Source of the DNA: Takakia lepidozioides
Taxonomy: Eukaryota; Plantae; Bryophyta
Length of the DNA stretch: 64,000 bases
Direction of reading: 5' to 3'
Assembly (NCBI GenBank): GCA_030704615.1
Contig: CM060732.1
Coordinates: 14,322,001 to 14,386,000, forward strand
Positions 1-12,887 of the stretch are shown here, in pieces. The first letter of the stretch is position 1, and every line of letters starts with the position of its first letter. The translations under genes were made by a program, and so were the position numbers. The notes beneath the pieces are model-generated. The model saw nothing but the letters and a program-made list of their open reading frames with translations, was not told the origin of the DNA and did not search any database.

Positions 1-1931
1 CGACGAGTGGTTGAACGGTATACCAGTTGCCTATATCCTATCCGCGAGGAATCGGACAAGAGACCTGGTTCCGTGGATGAGAGCCTTGCGCGATTCACTC
101 CTCACAGATTTGCCGAGCTGGCGACCCAATGCCTCATTGTGGACGATGCCGAAGCAGAAATCAACGCTATTCGGTAAGTCTGTTGGTCCACAGCACCGGT
201 CCATTGTCGAGGTCCACTGCAGCAGTCCATTGCTACAGTCCACTGGCAGACTCCTGTGGCGAAACCCAACGGTAGTTCGCTGGGCAAATCCACTGGTAGT
301 CCGTTGTCAAGTCCGGTCATCAGTCCCCTGGCAGTCCCCGGCAAGTCCGCTTGGCAGTCCGCTGCCAAGTCCACTTAGCAGTCCGTGAGGTCGGCCATCC
401 GCTGCCAAGTCCACTCGGCAGTCCCTGGCAAGTCCGCTCGGCAGTCCGATGTGGCAGTCCAATGGGGCAGTCCGCTGCCCCAGTCCTAGCTAGGGGAAGT
501 CCAATGGGGAAGTCCACTGGGTAGTCCAATGGGGTTATTCCAGCACATCAACGTCATGGCATTGTACTGTCCACTGGGCGAGTCCAGTGGCTCTGCCCGC
601 TGATACAGGTCGCTGTTACAGTCCACTCCGGCAGTCCACCATTGCAGTCCGATCCCAAGACTCTAATGTGTACCATGTGTGTTGTGCAGAATTATTTTTG
701 AAGGAGTACTCATTTTCCTCTGCCTTTGGCATGTCCGCAAGGCATGGGTGAAGCAATCATGCAAGAAAACGAAGGATCCGGTGACCGCTATAAACTTGTT
801 GAAGGATATGGGAGACCTCATGTACTGTAGAGGGGGACCACGCAACGAGAAAAGAGCGCTTCGGTGGGTTGCAAGGAGAATCCGTCGTATGAGGTCAAAA
901 TACCCGAAAGGACATGAATTTCTTGACTATATCGAACAGTACTGGAAGCCCAAAATAGCAATGTGGTGTACAGCAGCCTGCCATGTCCCTCATGCTAGCC
1001 AAGACACAAACGCAAGTATTGAGGCATACCATGGAAATCTGAAGGCAAGACTTGTCATGGGGAAAGGCAAGATGAGCGGTCGTAGAGTGGACTGGCTTAT
1101 ATGGGAACTCACTGGCCGTGTACTAACACACTATTGATACGCAATCCATTTGAAGACCCATGGGTTCATAAGAAATGACAAACACGAAAAGTACATATCC
1201 AGTTCTATATTTGCGGCACGAGACATTCCTGCTGAGAGTGTTACTCTTCCCTTGGGTCCTGGTGAACCAGCCTACGTTCTCAGCAGCAACCACCCCGGCA
1301 CAACATACATTGTTGCGATTGGGGTTGTTGCACGTGCCCATGGGCAATGAAGGGAAACTTATGCAAGCATCGGGTCCGTGTCCTGAAGATGCTTCACCCT
1401 GACCTGCAGGATGGCCTCTTTATGCGCGCTTGTGGCACGGCGCTAAGAACCATTCATGGAGGATTACCTAACTTGCTCTTGGGCAATGGTGCCAGTGGCA
1501 ACAACGAATCCAATCAATTCATGGAAAGACATCCTCCGGACAACTTCCCCTACGACGAGGCACCTTTGGAGGTCTCAGCCTCAATGGAACAAGAATTCGC
1601 GGACATACTTTGCATTGTAGGTGATGACAAATACTTGGAGGCACATGCCCGATGTGCTCTTCATATGTGCAGAGGGCAGCTCGTTGATATCCTGGCGAAA
1701 AGTGCGGCTAGAATGTTGCACCCTGCAGCAGCGAAGGCTTTCCGTCCTCTGAACGACAACAACAACATGTCTCTAAAAAGGAGACGAGATTTTGTGGAGG
1801 CCTGGAAAGCCCGGCCTAGGGTTTTGTGGAGAACCAGCAAGAGGGTGTCTGCACCTGCACCTGCAGCACATATATACTCGAAAATTTGCAAGGTTTCAGG
1901 TCGTGTAGATGTCACGAAGAAGACAATATAA
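1..1931 (+). pseudogene. MULE transposase C-terminal half with SWIM zinc finger (frameshifts and stops)
   Basis: DEWLNGIPVAYIL...VDDAEAEINAI, intron 174-689 (GT..AG), LCLWHVRKAW (MULE CxxH), DTNASIEAYHGNLK (catalytic E region), GNLCKH (SWIM). Collinear with the second MULE at 27.4-29.1 kb. Confidence 0.85.
174..689 (+). repeat. Transposase intron packed with a co-oriented AGTCC motif
   Basis: About two dozen (C/A)AGTCC copies counted by eye, all on the + strand. Confidence 0.8.
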
Positions 1932-2143
1932 GTCTGCAATGCCTCGAAAAGAGACAAGGTTTCACGTCGTGTGGGTGTCACGGAGAAGACAATATAAGTC
2001 TGCAATTCCTCGAAAAGAGACAAGGTTTCATGTTGTGTAGGTGTCACGGAGAAGACAATATAAGTCTGCAATTCCTCGAAAAGAGACAAGGTTTCATGTC
2101 GTGTAGGTGTCACGAAGAAGACAATATAAGTCTGCAATTCCTC
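1890..2143. repeat. 66-bp tandem repeat, ~3.8 copies
   Basis: AAGGTTTCA unit starts at 1890, 1956, 2022 and 2088. Confidence 0.9.
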
Positions 2144-2743
2144 TGGTAGCATTGTCCCTTTCTGAAATACAAGTCTGCAATGGACTAATGCACAGTCTCC
2201 TAACGGACTCCTCCAGTCTCCCAACTGACTCACACACAGTCTCCCAAGCATAGTCTCCCAACGGACTCACGCACAGTCTCCCAACAGAGTCACAGTCAAC
2301 AGACTGCAAGCGCCAGTAAGCCAGTCTGCTGGTCAATCTGCTGCCCACTCCAAAAGTCTGCTCACCACACTTCCACCTCATCCCTGCAATTCTTCCAGCA
2401 GACGACTGGACAGACTAAGTCTCAAGCAGACTCATCCACAACAACAGGCTCAAAATGGACAGTCTCCAGTGGACTACCTCCCTAACGACTCATGCCAATC
2501 CAGCGTCCCAACGGACTCATGGACATGGTGCCTACCAGACTAGGTACTAGACCCAGCAGTCCTAGCCTCGGCAGCGTACTGCTCGCACATTCAAGCTCAG
2601 CAGACTCGGGTGCACAGTGCATGGAAAAATTGACACCATTGTGTCCATTGAGTTTAGTGACAACATTACAAAACATGCCAGGACCCACAGTACACAAAAG
2701 TGCTCATCACGACTGGAATAGTAAGCGAAAAGACTCGCATTTT

Positions 2744-3633
2744 TTATTTCGGTACATAGACTTCACATGACAAGTACATCATACTCATGAGAGCAGTTTC
2801 TCTACATTGTCCAACCCCTGCACGATATACTGGGCACACTGCATTCGCTGCCCAAGTGCAAACTTGAAAGTAAACCAGTCCTTCGTGAAAGGTGTTCCTC
2901 TCTCTGACTTTGCAGTCTTGGAGACATTTGCTCTGACTTTTACCCACTCGTAAAACACTTGAATGAATGACATGACGTAAAAGCCACAGTTGCTGGGGCA
3001 CATCAGGCGCGTGGAACTGAAATGCTTGGACAAACTCATGCCACTCTGGTGAGTCCATCGAGTACCCTAAGCACTCAGCATGAAGCTTCCGAATCCACCC
3101 TAGAACAAAGGGACATTTATGCGAGTCCCTGTTAGAGTTCATGTGAGTGTAACAGCCCTTGCGGAGGTCGATGATACAAACACTCCAGTGCCCCCTGCAA
3201 TGGTATCAAACAACATGGCGTCATTGCACAATCATGATGGGCAGACTCAGCAGACCGACCACTCAGCAGACTCAATCTTCAAACCCAGTCCACTGCACAA
3301 ATACAGAGGTCAACTTAATCGCTCAGAGTCAAGACGACACTGCGAAACCAGACTATGACTTAGGAGACAGTCTCAGCAGACTCGGAAGAGTTCTTACTCG
3401 TCCCCAATTGGCACCAAAATGAAATCGCACTCTTCAAGTCCTTGCCCAGTTGTTCAGTGCTGAGGCAACCTTTCAAGACCTCTAGAAGGCTTTCATGTTG
3501 CCCCACCCCCAATGACTTCAACACCGTCCACGTCGACGTTGGAAGAACAACAATAGTGTTGGTGAACGCAGCCTCAACCGACTTCTCATAGAATCGACAC
3601 CATAGCTCCAGGAGTCTATCTGTGCACTCCGAC
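2744..3633 (-). pseudogene. Ulp1/SENP-like (peptidase C48) remnant carried by the MULE
   Basis: APDVPQQ followed across a frameshift by NCGFYVMSFIQ, matching the Ulp1 catalytic-Cys signature PQQxNxxDCGxY. His region missing. Ulp1 cargo is established in MULEs (KAONASHI, VANDAL). Confidence 0.6.
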
Positions 3634-3634
3634 T

Positions 3635-5073
3635 CAACGTGTACAATGGGAACTGTTGGAATGCACAATGTAAGATGGTCAGAGCATGCAAATTCCGTTC
3701 AGTTCTGCACGAAAAGACTTCATAAGAGTGATGAGGTCTGTAGCGGTTCACAATGGGTCTGCCTCTCGGTCTTCTGCAACGTACACATGAAAACATACAG
3801 AAAAGGTCAGCACACCAAATATTATGTGAATGTTGCATGGTACTATGCTATCATGCTCGTACAAGTCCATGGAATCGTTCGAATAGTACCTTGTCATGAT
3901 TTGTCCCAAAGGTTGCATCACATGCAACGATACGGTCATGTCCTAGTTCCAGCATTCGTCGTTTCTGCCACGGAGTCTGTATGCCAATAGTGAATGTCAA
4001 ATCTCCATCAAAATGTTCAAATGTTGGCTCTAATTTCTCCTCTTGATAGAAAAAAACGGACGCAGGATTCTGGTCTCTCCACATGCGCACACTCTCTGCA
4101 TCATCGGCGTGCTTTTTGAAGGTTTGCCACGCACGTTTCTCGGCAAGGTTGTGAACATCTTGCTCCAACAAGAAATCATCGCGGGTCCATGCATCGCCCA
4201 AGCCGGTGTTGTTCATCACGTGCTCTTTATGCTCCATCATGATTTGGGCGACCGACAGGCCTGGGCACAAACACTCGACGACCCAGGCTTTCAATTCCTC
4301 GCTAATGTGTGGTGCATAGGCGTGGCGGGTGTTCCTGAACTCTGCGGACTTCCCATGCGAGGGTTTCCCTTGCGCATCTGTATGCTCCATGTTGTTGTAG
4401 TACGTGAGGACACAGATGTCAGGGGCGAGATAGCATTGTTGGACCTTGAAACAGCATTGGCAACCACGTTTGTAAGACTCTCCATACTCCGACTTCTTTC
4501 TCCTTGGGCCTTTATGAAGGCAAGATGTTCCAGCACCCACAAGAGGTCCTCCACGCTTCTGTTTTGGATCCTCCACTATTGCCTTGTTGGTGCGCTTGTC
4601 ATCAGGACCGTAACAGCATTGATACCTGGACAGAAAATTCTAAAATCGATATCCAACGACTTGAGGAAGCATAAAATCAGAGAACTCGTGAAACAAAAAA
4701 TGGCAACAGACATGCAATGAAACGTCAAAAGGACTGAGGATGGTGCACACATAATACTGGACAAAAATGTGTTGGCTCTGGGTGCTTTTCGCGAGCCGGG
4801 TTCCACTTTAGAATGGACATTCACCCAAAACTGAGTGGGGTAGTCCTCCAAACTCTCCTCTCCCAGGACGAAGTCACCAACTCTATCCCAAGGTATGCAG
4901 GCCTTTTCAACATTCACTCGCACACCCATAAACCCATATTGCGTCTCACTCTTCCAATGAAGATCCTTCCTGTTGAAGGGTCCTGGTTTTGCTGTTTGCA
5001 AACATTGTCGAAGAGGCCGTATAAGCGGGCATTCCGTGATCAGTATATCATCGGGTTTTGCTTCCACGTCCAT
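3635..5073 (-). pseudogene. MULE transposase N-terminal half, broken after FPLYTL
   Basis: GCQCCFKV..YNNMEHTD..HG (FAR1/WRKY-GCM1-like), IGIQTPWQ..VACDATFGTNHDK (first catalytic D), intron 3889-3653, then exon TTC CCA TTG TAC ACG TTG ending at ~3634. Confidence 0.85.
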
Positions 5074-6290
5074 GCCCTATACAGTACAAAGGACACGCTT
5101 CTGAACATGCAAGAAACGCGCCGCAGTACATGACACGATCGACAACGTGCCAGGAGAACAGTGCGCACGTTCGCGGCTGCTGGCAAGTGACAGGCGGCAG
5201 GGATGCAGGTTTGAATTGCAGCCCTAAAAATGGAGGGCTCGGATGGGTTATGGGAATGGACGGTGGCGATCATGCGGCGTCAGCGGACTGGATGGCAGGG
5301 GATTGGCCAGCGGACTAGCACACTGCTGGGCACCGGACTGGCCAGCACCGGACTGGCGGGCAGACTGGCGGATTGGTAGACTGGAGGGCAACGGACTCAT
5401 GGGCGGGGGACTGGCCGCGCGGCGGACGGGGGTGCGGGCGCGGTTGCTGCAGCCGCGCCCGCGGCTAGGCGACCGCGCGCAGCGGCGGGCGGGGCGGGCG
5501 GGGCGGGCGAGGTGCTGGGGAGCCGGGCGTCCGTGCGCGGGGCCCACCGGCCACATCGCACGTGCCCATTGAAGACCCTATTATCTTAAAATGAGAGGCC
5601 CCTTCCCCTTTTACATAATAAAATTTCTGATGGCCTCTGTCCCCTCTTTCTAAAACTTTTTTTAAGGAAAAAAGTACATGAGAATGGAATTTGGAGGGAT
5701 AGTCTTTTGGTTTTGTAGGTTCTCTTCCAACTACCTAGTGTCTAAACAAAACAGGTCCGTGTACTCCATGTTTTCATAATCGTCTCTTCACATTTCAAGT
5801 TGGAAGGCCAAGCTTCGGCTCCCGCCATGCTTAGGGAAGGGTCAATTTCGTGTAAGCCCGTCTTTTTTATAAGACAGACGCTTCTGCACCTAGTGTTTTA
5901 TCTTTTACCGACTTCAACCTGCAGTGCCCCCAAAGAAATGAACACCCTTTACCGACTTTCCATACTTTGTACAGTTACCTCATGTCAGTTTGTAAATAAA
6001 AGCTTTGCAGGGTTTCATCAAAGAAATGAACACAGATTGCTAAGGCAAACCCCTCTGCCAAACTTGCGCTGGATGTGTAAAACATCTGGTAGTCGAGAAG
6101 TCCAGAGATGAAGATGTGAGTAATTCTCCCTCAGATTGCTGGATTGCTGGATTGGGGAAAGCCGCTGATAACCCAGTTTCGCTCGGGTTGTAGAGCGGGC
6201 CGCAAGATGTGGTTCACTCGTTAGTGTTAAAACTGTTGGACTCTCTGTGCGTGTGTGGAGGATGTGGTTGTCTCTCATGTAGGTGAGGCA

Positions 6291-8605
6291 ATGCAAGACC
6301 CACCAAGTTTGCTGTGCCGAGCAGCTTTGAGAGCAGCTGTTCCCGCTCAGTCTGCAGCCATGACCCCCGCACCCACGAGCGTGCGACCTTTGCGAGGTAT
6401 TGTTTTCGATATGGACGGCACTCTGACTGTGCCTGCCATTGATTTTAACGTGATGTATCGCCGAGTGTTGGGAGATGACCACCCCCATTTTGTCTCTGGT
6501 AACCCCGTCGACATTCTTCATGAGATTGAGCAGTGGAGCCCAGAGAAGCAAGAGGAGGCGTACGCTATCATCACGGAGTGTGAAAAGCAGGCGCACGAGC
6601 GGCTCCAAATCATGCCTGGTTTGCTTCTTTTCCTCATTTCACTGGATGAGTATGATGTTCTTTGACTGCATTTGGAGCACTGAAAATCGAACGTCCGTTT
6701 CTGAAAAGCAACTCTGTAACGATTACCCGTGTTAGATCTTAATTTGCGTGTATGGTGGAAGCTTGTAAAGCAAGAGCCATAGCCAGTGGAGGCCGGACGT
6801 GTCCAGTCAGCTCATGCCTGTGGAAGAGACAAGTAGAGCTATGGAATGTACTCGCTTGTCAAGAGAGGGCAGTCCTTCCGGGGAGAGAGAGGGTGAAATC
6901 CATAGTGCAAAATTGAGGCTTCTCTGAAAGCTTGAGGTACATCCGCGGGGGGCAAGCTCTCTACTACGCCCGGACTTGGTTTCACCAAATCAGTCGATCC
7001 TCAGATTTTAAGAAAGAGAAAATACAAGCTGTTACAGTAGTGACACAGTGAGAGTTCAATCACTAATTAGAGTCAGCTGAGAGTTTGGTCTCCAGAAAAG
7101 GAGAGTTTGTTATCTAGGGATTGTGGTGCAGGCTTGTAAGCACATTAGAGAGGATTGGTATTAGAGAATAACAGGAAGGGCGATGTTCAAGTTTGGATGA
7201 TGCAGGCGCGAGTAACCTATGCGAGCTCCTGGATGCCAAGGGAATCAGGTTAGTTTTGCATGCTGTATCTTTTGTTCACGAAGTACACACTGTAGGGGAT
7301 GACTGTAGGGGATGACTGCCGAGTTTTGCAAGACTGGGGGCTTGTTTTTTGCCTTGCTATACTGCCTGTCATCCCCGTCTCTCTCCCTCCCTGACAGGCT
7401 GCAGCAATCTTAGCCTCCTATTTTCTGCTGTGGGCTACTCTTTGATGCCTATTTATGCTGCACCTATTGACTCTCCTGAATCTAAATTTACTTAGGGGGT
7501 CCAAATGAACACTTTCAAAATTTTGGTGGTCTTGCACCTAACATGACAATAGATGCATGGAGTCACATATACCCGATATCATCGACACTTTAGCCTTCTC
7601 TGCTCTGCCTGGATCTCTTCCCAGTAGCTAGCTACCTAAGATTTGTATTTTTCTTTTGATGCTTCATGCTGCAAGACTTATTGAGAACACTATTGTGCAG
7701 GAGAGGTTTGATAACACGGAATGTGAAGGAATCAGTTGATTTATTCCATTCGCATTTTGGGGTGAGATGTTATTTTCTCTCAACTCCATCATCAGATCTA
7801 TTGTGCTTCTGAGCTGTTCTGCTTATTCAGCTGGGCAATTGGAAATGCGGGTGCTTTGACTTACTGCAGTCAGAGTGTTTCATAAGGCTGTCACTCTCTT
7901 CTGTTGAATGGATACTTGAGGAGGCATGTTGCTGCAAAGGGATGTCATATCCTAGCTCATGGTCATACCCAGTTGAACAGTGACTGGGCTGGAAGCATGA
8001 CTAGCACAGCGGATGCAGCTGCAGAATTTCAGCCCAGCCCTAAGCCGGGAGTTTCGACCGTATAAGCCAAGTGCTGCCCCATTGCTGCACATTTGCAACA
8101 TATGGGGAGTGAACCCTGGCGATGTGATGATGGTTGGTGACAGTGCTAAAGATGATGTGAGTCCCTCTCTACTGGAGGAACTGAAGTGATTGGATCTTAG
8201 CCTGGATGTGGAAGCTCTCAGCCTCAGTTCAAAAAGCCAGGCTTAGTAATCCAGGAAGGTTTAAGAAGGTGTTGAGAAAGAATGTTTAAATTTGAAGCCT
8301 TTCAATCCTTTTGGAAGCTGTTCCACTACAGAACGGGAAGAGTTATAGGAAGCGTGTGTACGTAGCAGGCCACTGGTTTGCACAATGCTTTGGTGTTGTT
8401 CTTATTACTTGGCAACGGGGGATGGCAGGTGGTGTGCGGCAATCGGGCTGGGGCCGTGACGTGCCTGCTCGATGAAGCTAATCGGTATGAGGTGACAAAA
8501 TTGCCATTGGAGCAGCGCCCTGACTTCAAAGTTAAAACTTTACTTGACATTGTCCCATTATTGGAGACCAATTTCAAATTGGAACCAGTTTCTAAGGGCG
8601 ATTGA
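6291..8605 (+). CDS. Haloacid dehalogenase-like (HAD) hydrolase, At2g33255-like; exons ~6291-6618, 7206-7248, 7701-7761, 8019-8156, 8429-8605
   Basis: HAD motifs I FDMDGTL, II ITRN, III YKP, IV MVGDSAKDD. All junctions GT-AG and in frame; TGA at 8603-8605. Start codon uncertain. Confidence 0.9.
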
Positions 8606-9346
8606 TGGACATAGGTATACCCAAGCCGAGGGGTTCTTGTGCAGCTTGCCTTTCATATAGCAGCCATACTGCCAGCTCTGCCAAATATTCAAAAGTAACA
8701 GAAGTCTCTGAATTACATATACATGGTCTCTCGGGCCGAGTTGCTCTACTCTTAACTAGCTCTGATCCAGTGAAAGTTGCAAACATCTATCATACCCCCC
8801 TTTTGAGAAGATTTGTTCTGATGAGTCGTTTCACCAAATGTCCATGCACCTCATTGAGCTCTGCACTAAACATTGTTGCCATTGACAGGTTCACATGTTA
8901 TTAGACTGAAATATTGATGTACTGTGTTTAGATTCAGGACACCAATTATGGTTTTTTTGTCTCTGTTGGGGAAAGGACCTACTATGGATTTCACACTCAC
9001 TCAGACAAAAAGTAGAGCTGCACCATGGTTTGATTGGCTATTAAGCTTTGTGTACATGTTAATAGGAGACATGGAATAGAGAGGAGAACGAATGGGATCA
9101 CTACCTGCTCTAATATCTTGACATTGCTCTTCCAACCATATTGATTCCCACAGAAAAACCGTCATCAGCCGAAGTACCTTGAGCTCCAATTGTAGGTTAT
9201 GATCTGTACTAGTGTAAAACACCACTGACTGCGTTTACCCACATCTGCCACAGAAAAATACAAGAAGAGAAGAAAACAGGACTCTTGCCTGAAAGAGGTC
9301 TTGTATAATTGTAGTTGTAGTATGAATTAGAATCATATTTACACAG

Positions 9347-10303
9347 TCATGGGTCAAATTTTAGTGACACCACCCGAGACTGCCGATTGTGCCTTGCTAC
9401 CTTTGCATAGACACTTGAAAAGCAAGAGGGGGCCCACCATGGTCTCCGCACCTCTTGCTCACCTCGCAGGCATGCCACTATATCACCAAACAATGAAAGC
9501 TCAGAATACACTTAATACAATGCAAAACAGTCTGCCTCTTATACTCTAGAAAACACTAAGAATGTTCCTTGCGAAATGGGTTAGGTTATCAACCTGCATC
9601 ACATTCACAAATTAGAAAACTTTGACAATCAGGGGCTACAGAAGAAGCAGCTTCTGCAGCCGGATTCTCTGGCAACAACCAAAGCAGAACAAAATCTCTT
9701 CTGCAAGGAAAAATACAAACTTTAGTATCAGATTTTAGAGAAACCTTTTATGTGCCTGAGCTCCTTGCACAAGGTGATGAAATCCCCCCATTTCATGTGG
9801 CAACGTCGAATGAAGCGGAGAATTTGCTCAGTTGTGAAAGTCGACAAATTGTCGAGATACTCTCCATTGACACCGGTTTGCTTGAAAGTTTCTTTGTAAG
9901 CACCAAGCCCTATCTCCTCGAGCCAAACGCCTACATCCTGATTCACCAGAAGCAGAATTCATCAGTCTTTATGTGTCCTAAGGATATGTGCTTATAAGCT
10001 ATCGTGGATTTCCAATATCCATCTTCCTTCTTCCAGAAATGAAAATACTTGCACCTCAAGAATCTCACTGACGGCTCTGGTCGCTGTATATTAAATGCAA
10101 TTGCTTGGAGAAGACAGATGGGACTAAATACCACACAAGGTGGTGGGGCGAATGAGCCTTCATGTCTATGTCTGAGTGAAGGACGAGCAGATAAATGCAA
10201 AAAAAACACATCTAGGTGGGAACAACCTAAGAAATGAGGGGGGCCGCACCTCAACTTTCCAGATAAAGAAATCCAAAGGTTCGGGAGGACCTCCAGTGTT
10301 CAT
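9347..10303 (-). CDS. Small plant SAM-domain protein, At3g07760-like; exons ~10303-10250, 9937-9745, 9477-9347
   Basis: Spliced product MNTGGPPEPLDFFIWKVE|DVGVWLEEIGLGAY...KWGDFITLCKELRHIK|VACLRGEQEVRRPWWAPSC...RQSRVVSLKFDP*, with GT-AG junctions. Confidence 0.9.
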
Positions 10304-12099
10304 TAAGCCAGGCGCTTACGAAACTCTTGCAACTAGACGCTGTCTTCCGCTTCAGCAAAGGTTCTCGTCTTCTAAACGCACAACCTGCGCCTTGATTGCA
10401 GCCTTGTCTTTACTTCTTCCTTCATCTACGTTAGATCCTGGAGACACAGCCAGTAAACCTGGAGTGGGAGGAAATCTGTAACTGACTGAAGATATCCCCG
10501 CCCCCTCATTCACAACCTGCCGTGTGTCTATCTTTCAAAAGCCGTTCGGATGAACCGCTGAAGTAGATGAAATCTCACAAGGTGATGGAGGAGAAGACGC
10601 GTCCAGAAAACACTTGCAAAGCCTGGATTGCTACGTAATTACCGACGTCGCTAGGTCTTCAGGGGCCTCCTTCCCACACGCACACGCACACACACTCTCT
10701 CTCTCTCCACTCTCTTTCTTGTCTACTTAACATCGACATGTTGTCGCTTCTCAAACCAGGTCCCGAGAATCGCATTACATTGACGTGGCGCCACGCCATT
10801 GCGCTCAACGACACGTCGGGCGTATAAAGCGGAATGCGGATGAATGCATCAGTGGATGCATTGCTGGGACAGGAACGCACGAGTGGACGGATGACCATTC
10901 TTTGTGATTTCACTAGTTTTTCTTTGTCTATTTATTTTGTCAGCATTTTTTTTGGTCCTACATTCCTCCCAATATGTTATCTTCACTTCCCTGCACTTGT
11001 GTGGCAAGGACGCAAACATTTTTTTTTAATTTTTTTTAGAGAAAAGGGCCGTAATCTTAAACCCTCTACTGCATCTGCTTCACACTCCCTGCCTCCTCAA
11101 AACTTCATAGATAAGGACTTAAATGTCCGAGACATATAAGAGGGAAAATAACCTTTTTGAGTGCCATGGAGGCTGATAAAGCCTAGGCGTTGCTTCGTGA
11201 CCAAAAACCAAAGAGAAGGGGGCAAAAAAAAAGAAACAAAGGGAGGATCCAGAGCACTAGCAAGTAGCTGAAGCATAAGGAAGGGGAATAAAACAGTCAC
11301 TGCCTTCGAGCTGAAGCATAAACCTAAGCAAAGTGTCATGGTTTTAGTCATGGTTAACTAGAATTACCTACTTCTAGTTAACTAGGACATTTGGGATATT
11401 TATATTTGTATTTTGTGTGTTGTCACATTCATTGGGTCTCATATACCAAGTGAGGTGTCAAGCCTCACTTGGGACATGGGGATGGATTTTCCCCTTGTGA
11501 GTGTTGAGGAGGGCTCATCTTCTTGTAGTTGAGCCTCCATAAGCCTCTCTCACCTCCATAGCTCTAGGTATTGAGAGGGAGTGTGTTGAGTGCTTTGTAT
11601 GGTGGATTCCTTTAGCAAAGGTGGCCTTGGCTTGACTTAGTTTATGTGATAGTGTGGATTTCACTTGGAAGGACTAGGGCTTGTTCTTAGTGTGATTGCT
11701 TCATGTTTTGAGAGCTTTCATTGTCTTCCACTTCTCTCATTTCTCATCTCTTATCACTACAAGAAGATCTCCTTATCCTTGTGAGTGCGGAATGTAAGGA
11801 TTAGTTTTGCACTTGTATGTCAAGGAGGTTGAGAGCTAAGAGAATTTAGCTCTTGTATCACAAGGCTTGCAAGGGGTTGCAAGGAAAGACGCTCGGGTGT
11901 TGCATGCACCAAGGAGTTGGAGAGCTTGAGAAGAAAGCTCTTGAGTCACAAGATTTTGCAAGGATTGCAAGCATGAAGTCTTGTGTGTGTGGAAGCATGG
12001 ATTTTACGGTGCCTCCTAACCCTATTTCCGTGGACTTACAATGGTCTGCTCATGCTTTTTTTTTTTCCGCTCATGCTCATGCCGCTCATGAAATAACAG

Positions 12100-12887
12100 C
12101 CCCCACTGAGCAGCACCAGCATCTGAGCAGCAGCTGCTCAGTCACTCCGCTGCTGCTCAGTCACTCCCCCCCCCCACATTTTTTATTTTATTTTTCCCTC
12201 ATTTCTTCGTCTCTCTCTTCCATCTGTCCCTGTCCCTCTGCTGCTCACAAAAGAAAAAAACCAGAGAGGGGCTGAGCTGCTGCTGCTCAGTCACCCCCCC
12301 ACCCCTACTTCTTTTTTTATTTTCTTGGCCCCCTCTATCCCTCTCCCTCCCTCTCTCCCGTCTGTCCCTCTCCCTCTCTCTCTCTCTCTCCCTCTGGACA
12401 CTGGGCTTATGGAATTGTTGTCCCGACTTACATCCTTGAGGAAATTGAAAACAATTGCAAAATTGGGTTGCAGGGAATTTTGGATGTTCTTTATCCAAAA
12501 AAAAAAAAAAAAAAAAAAAACTATATTTTTAGTGAAATATTTCTTCACTAAAAAACTTGTGAAACTCCCGTCAGTTTCTACTTTTTCAATCCAACCTGGA
12601 TGAAAAAAGGACTTCATCTGACAGGACCTAAATACAGGGCAAGACAGGTTTGTTTAAAAAAAATCCCCCATGTTTTTCATCTAATCTAGATGAAATACGG
12701 ACTACATCCGTTGAGTGCAAGACAAGATGAAAGCACGATGTCTTTCATCTTCCATGAATGAGAAACGGACAACGTCCGTCGGACGATTTTCATCCTGAGA
12801 AGGATGGATGACGGGCCAGACAGGGGAAAACCCTGCGCAACCCTAATGTCTTTCTTTTTGCGCTGCGAGAGCACGCGCGATGGCGGC
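12100..12887 (-). repeat. Left arm of inverted repeat (reverse complement of ~14653-15240)
   Basis: Near-continuous reverse-complement match over 12380-12887 vs 14653-15160; patchier further out. Confidence 0.85.

Larger units (their letters stand above)
1..5578. mobile_element. Mutator-like (MULE/SWIM) DNA transposon, internally inverted, other end outside the window
   Basis: Transposase N-half on - (3635-5073), C-half on + (1-1931), Ulp1 remnant between them. GC-rich subterminal region ends abruptly at 5578 (minus strand starts GGGTCTTCAATGGGC) before AT-rich flank. Confidence 0.8.

Noticed and set aside
1661-2251. ORFs with 22-aa repeats
   Set aside because: Translation of the 66-bp tandem repeat; no independent coding evidence.
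10780-10792. TGACGTGGC ABRE/G-box-like motif upstream of the SAM gene
   Set aside because: A single short motif; no TSS or conservation evidence available.
11755-11770. CACTACAAGAAG as the left end of the CACTA element ending at 18557
   Set aside because: 3-bp flanks do not match (TAT vs AAA) and no GCGTCGC subterminal repeats follow.
11100-11990. LTR-like non-coding stretch with hairpin GTTAACTAGAA/TTCTAGTTAAC at ~11353-11382
   Set aside because: No second copy, termini or TSD in the window; cannot be classified.
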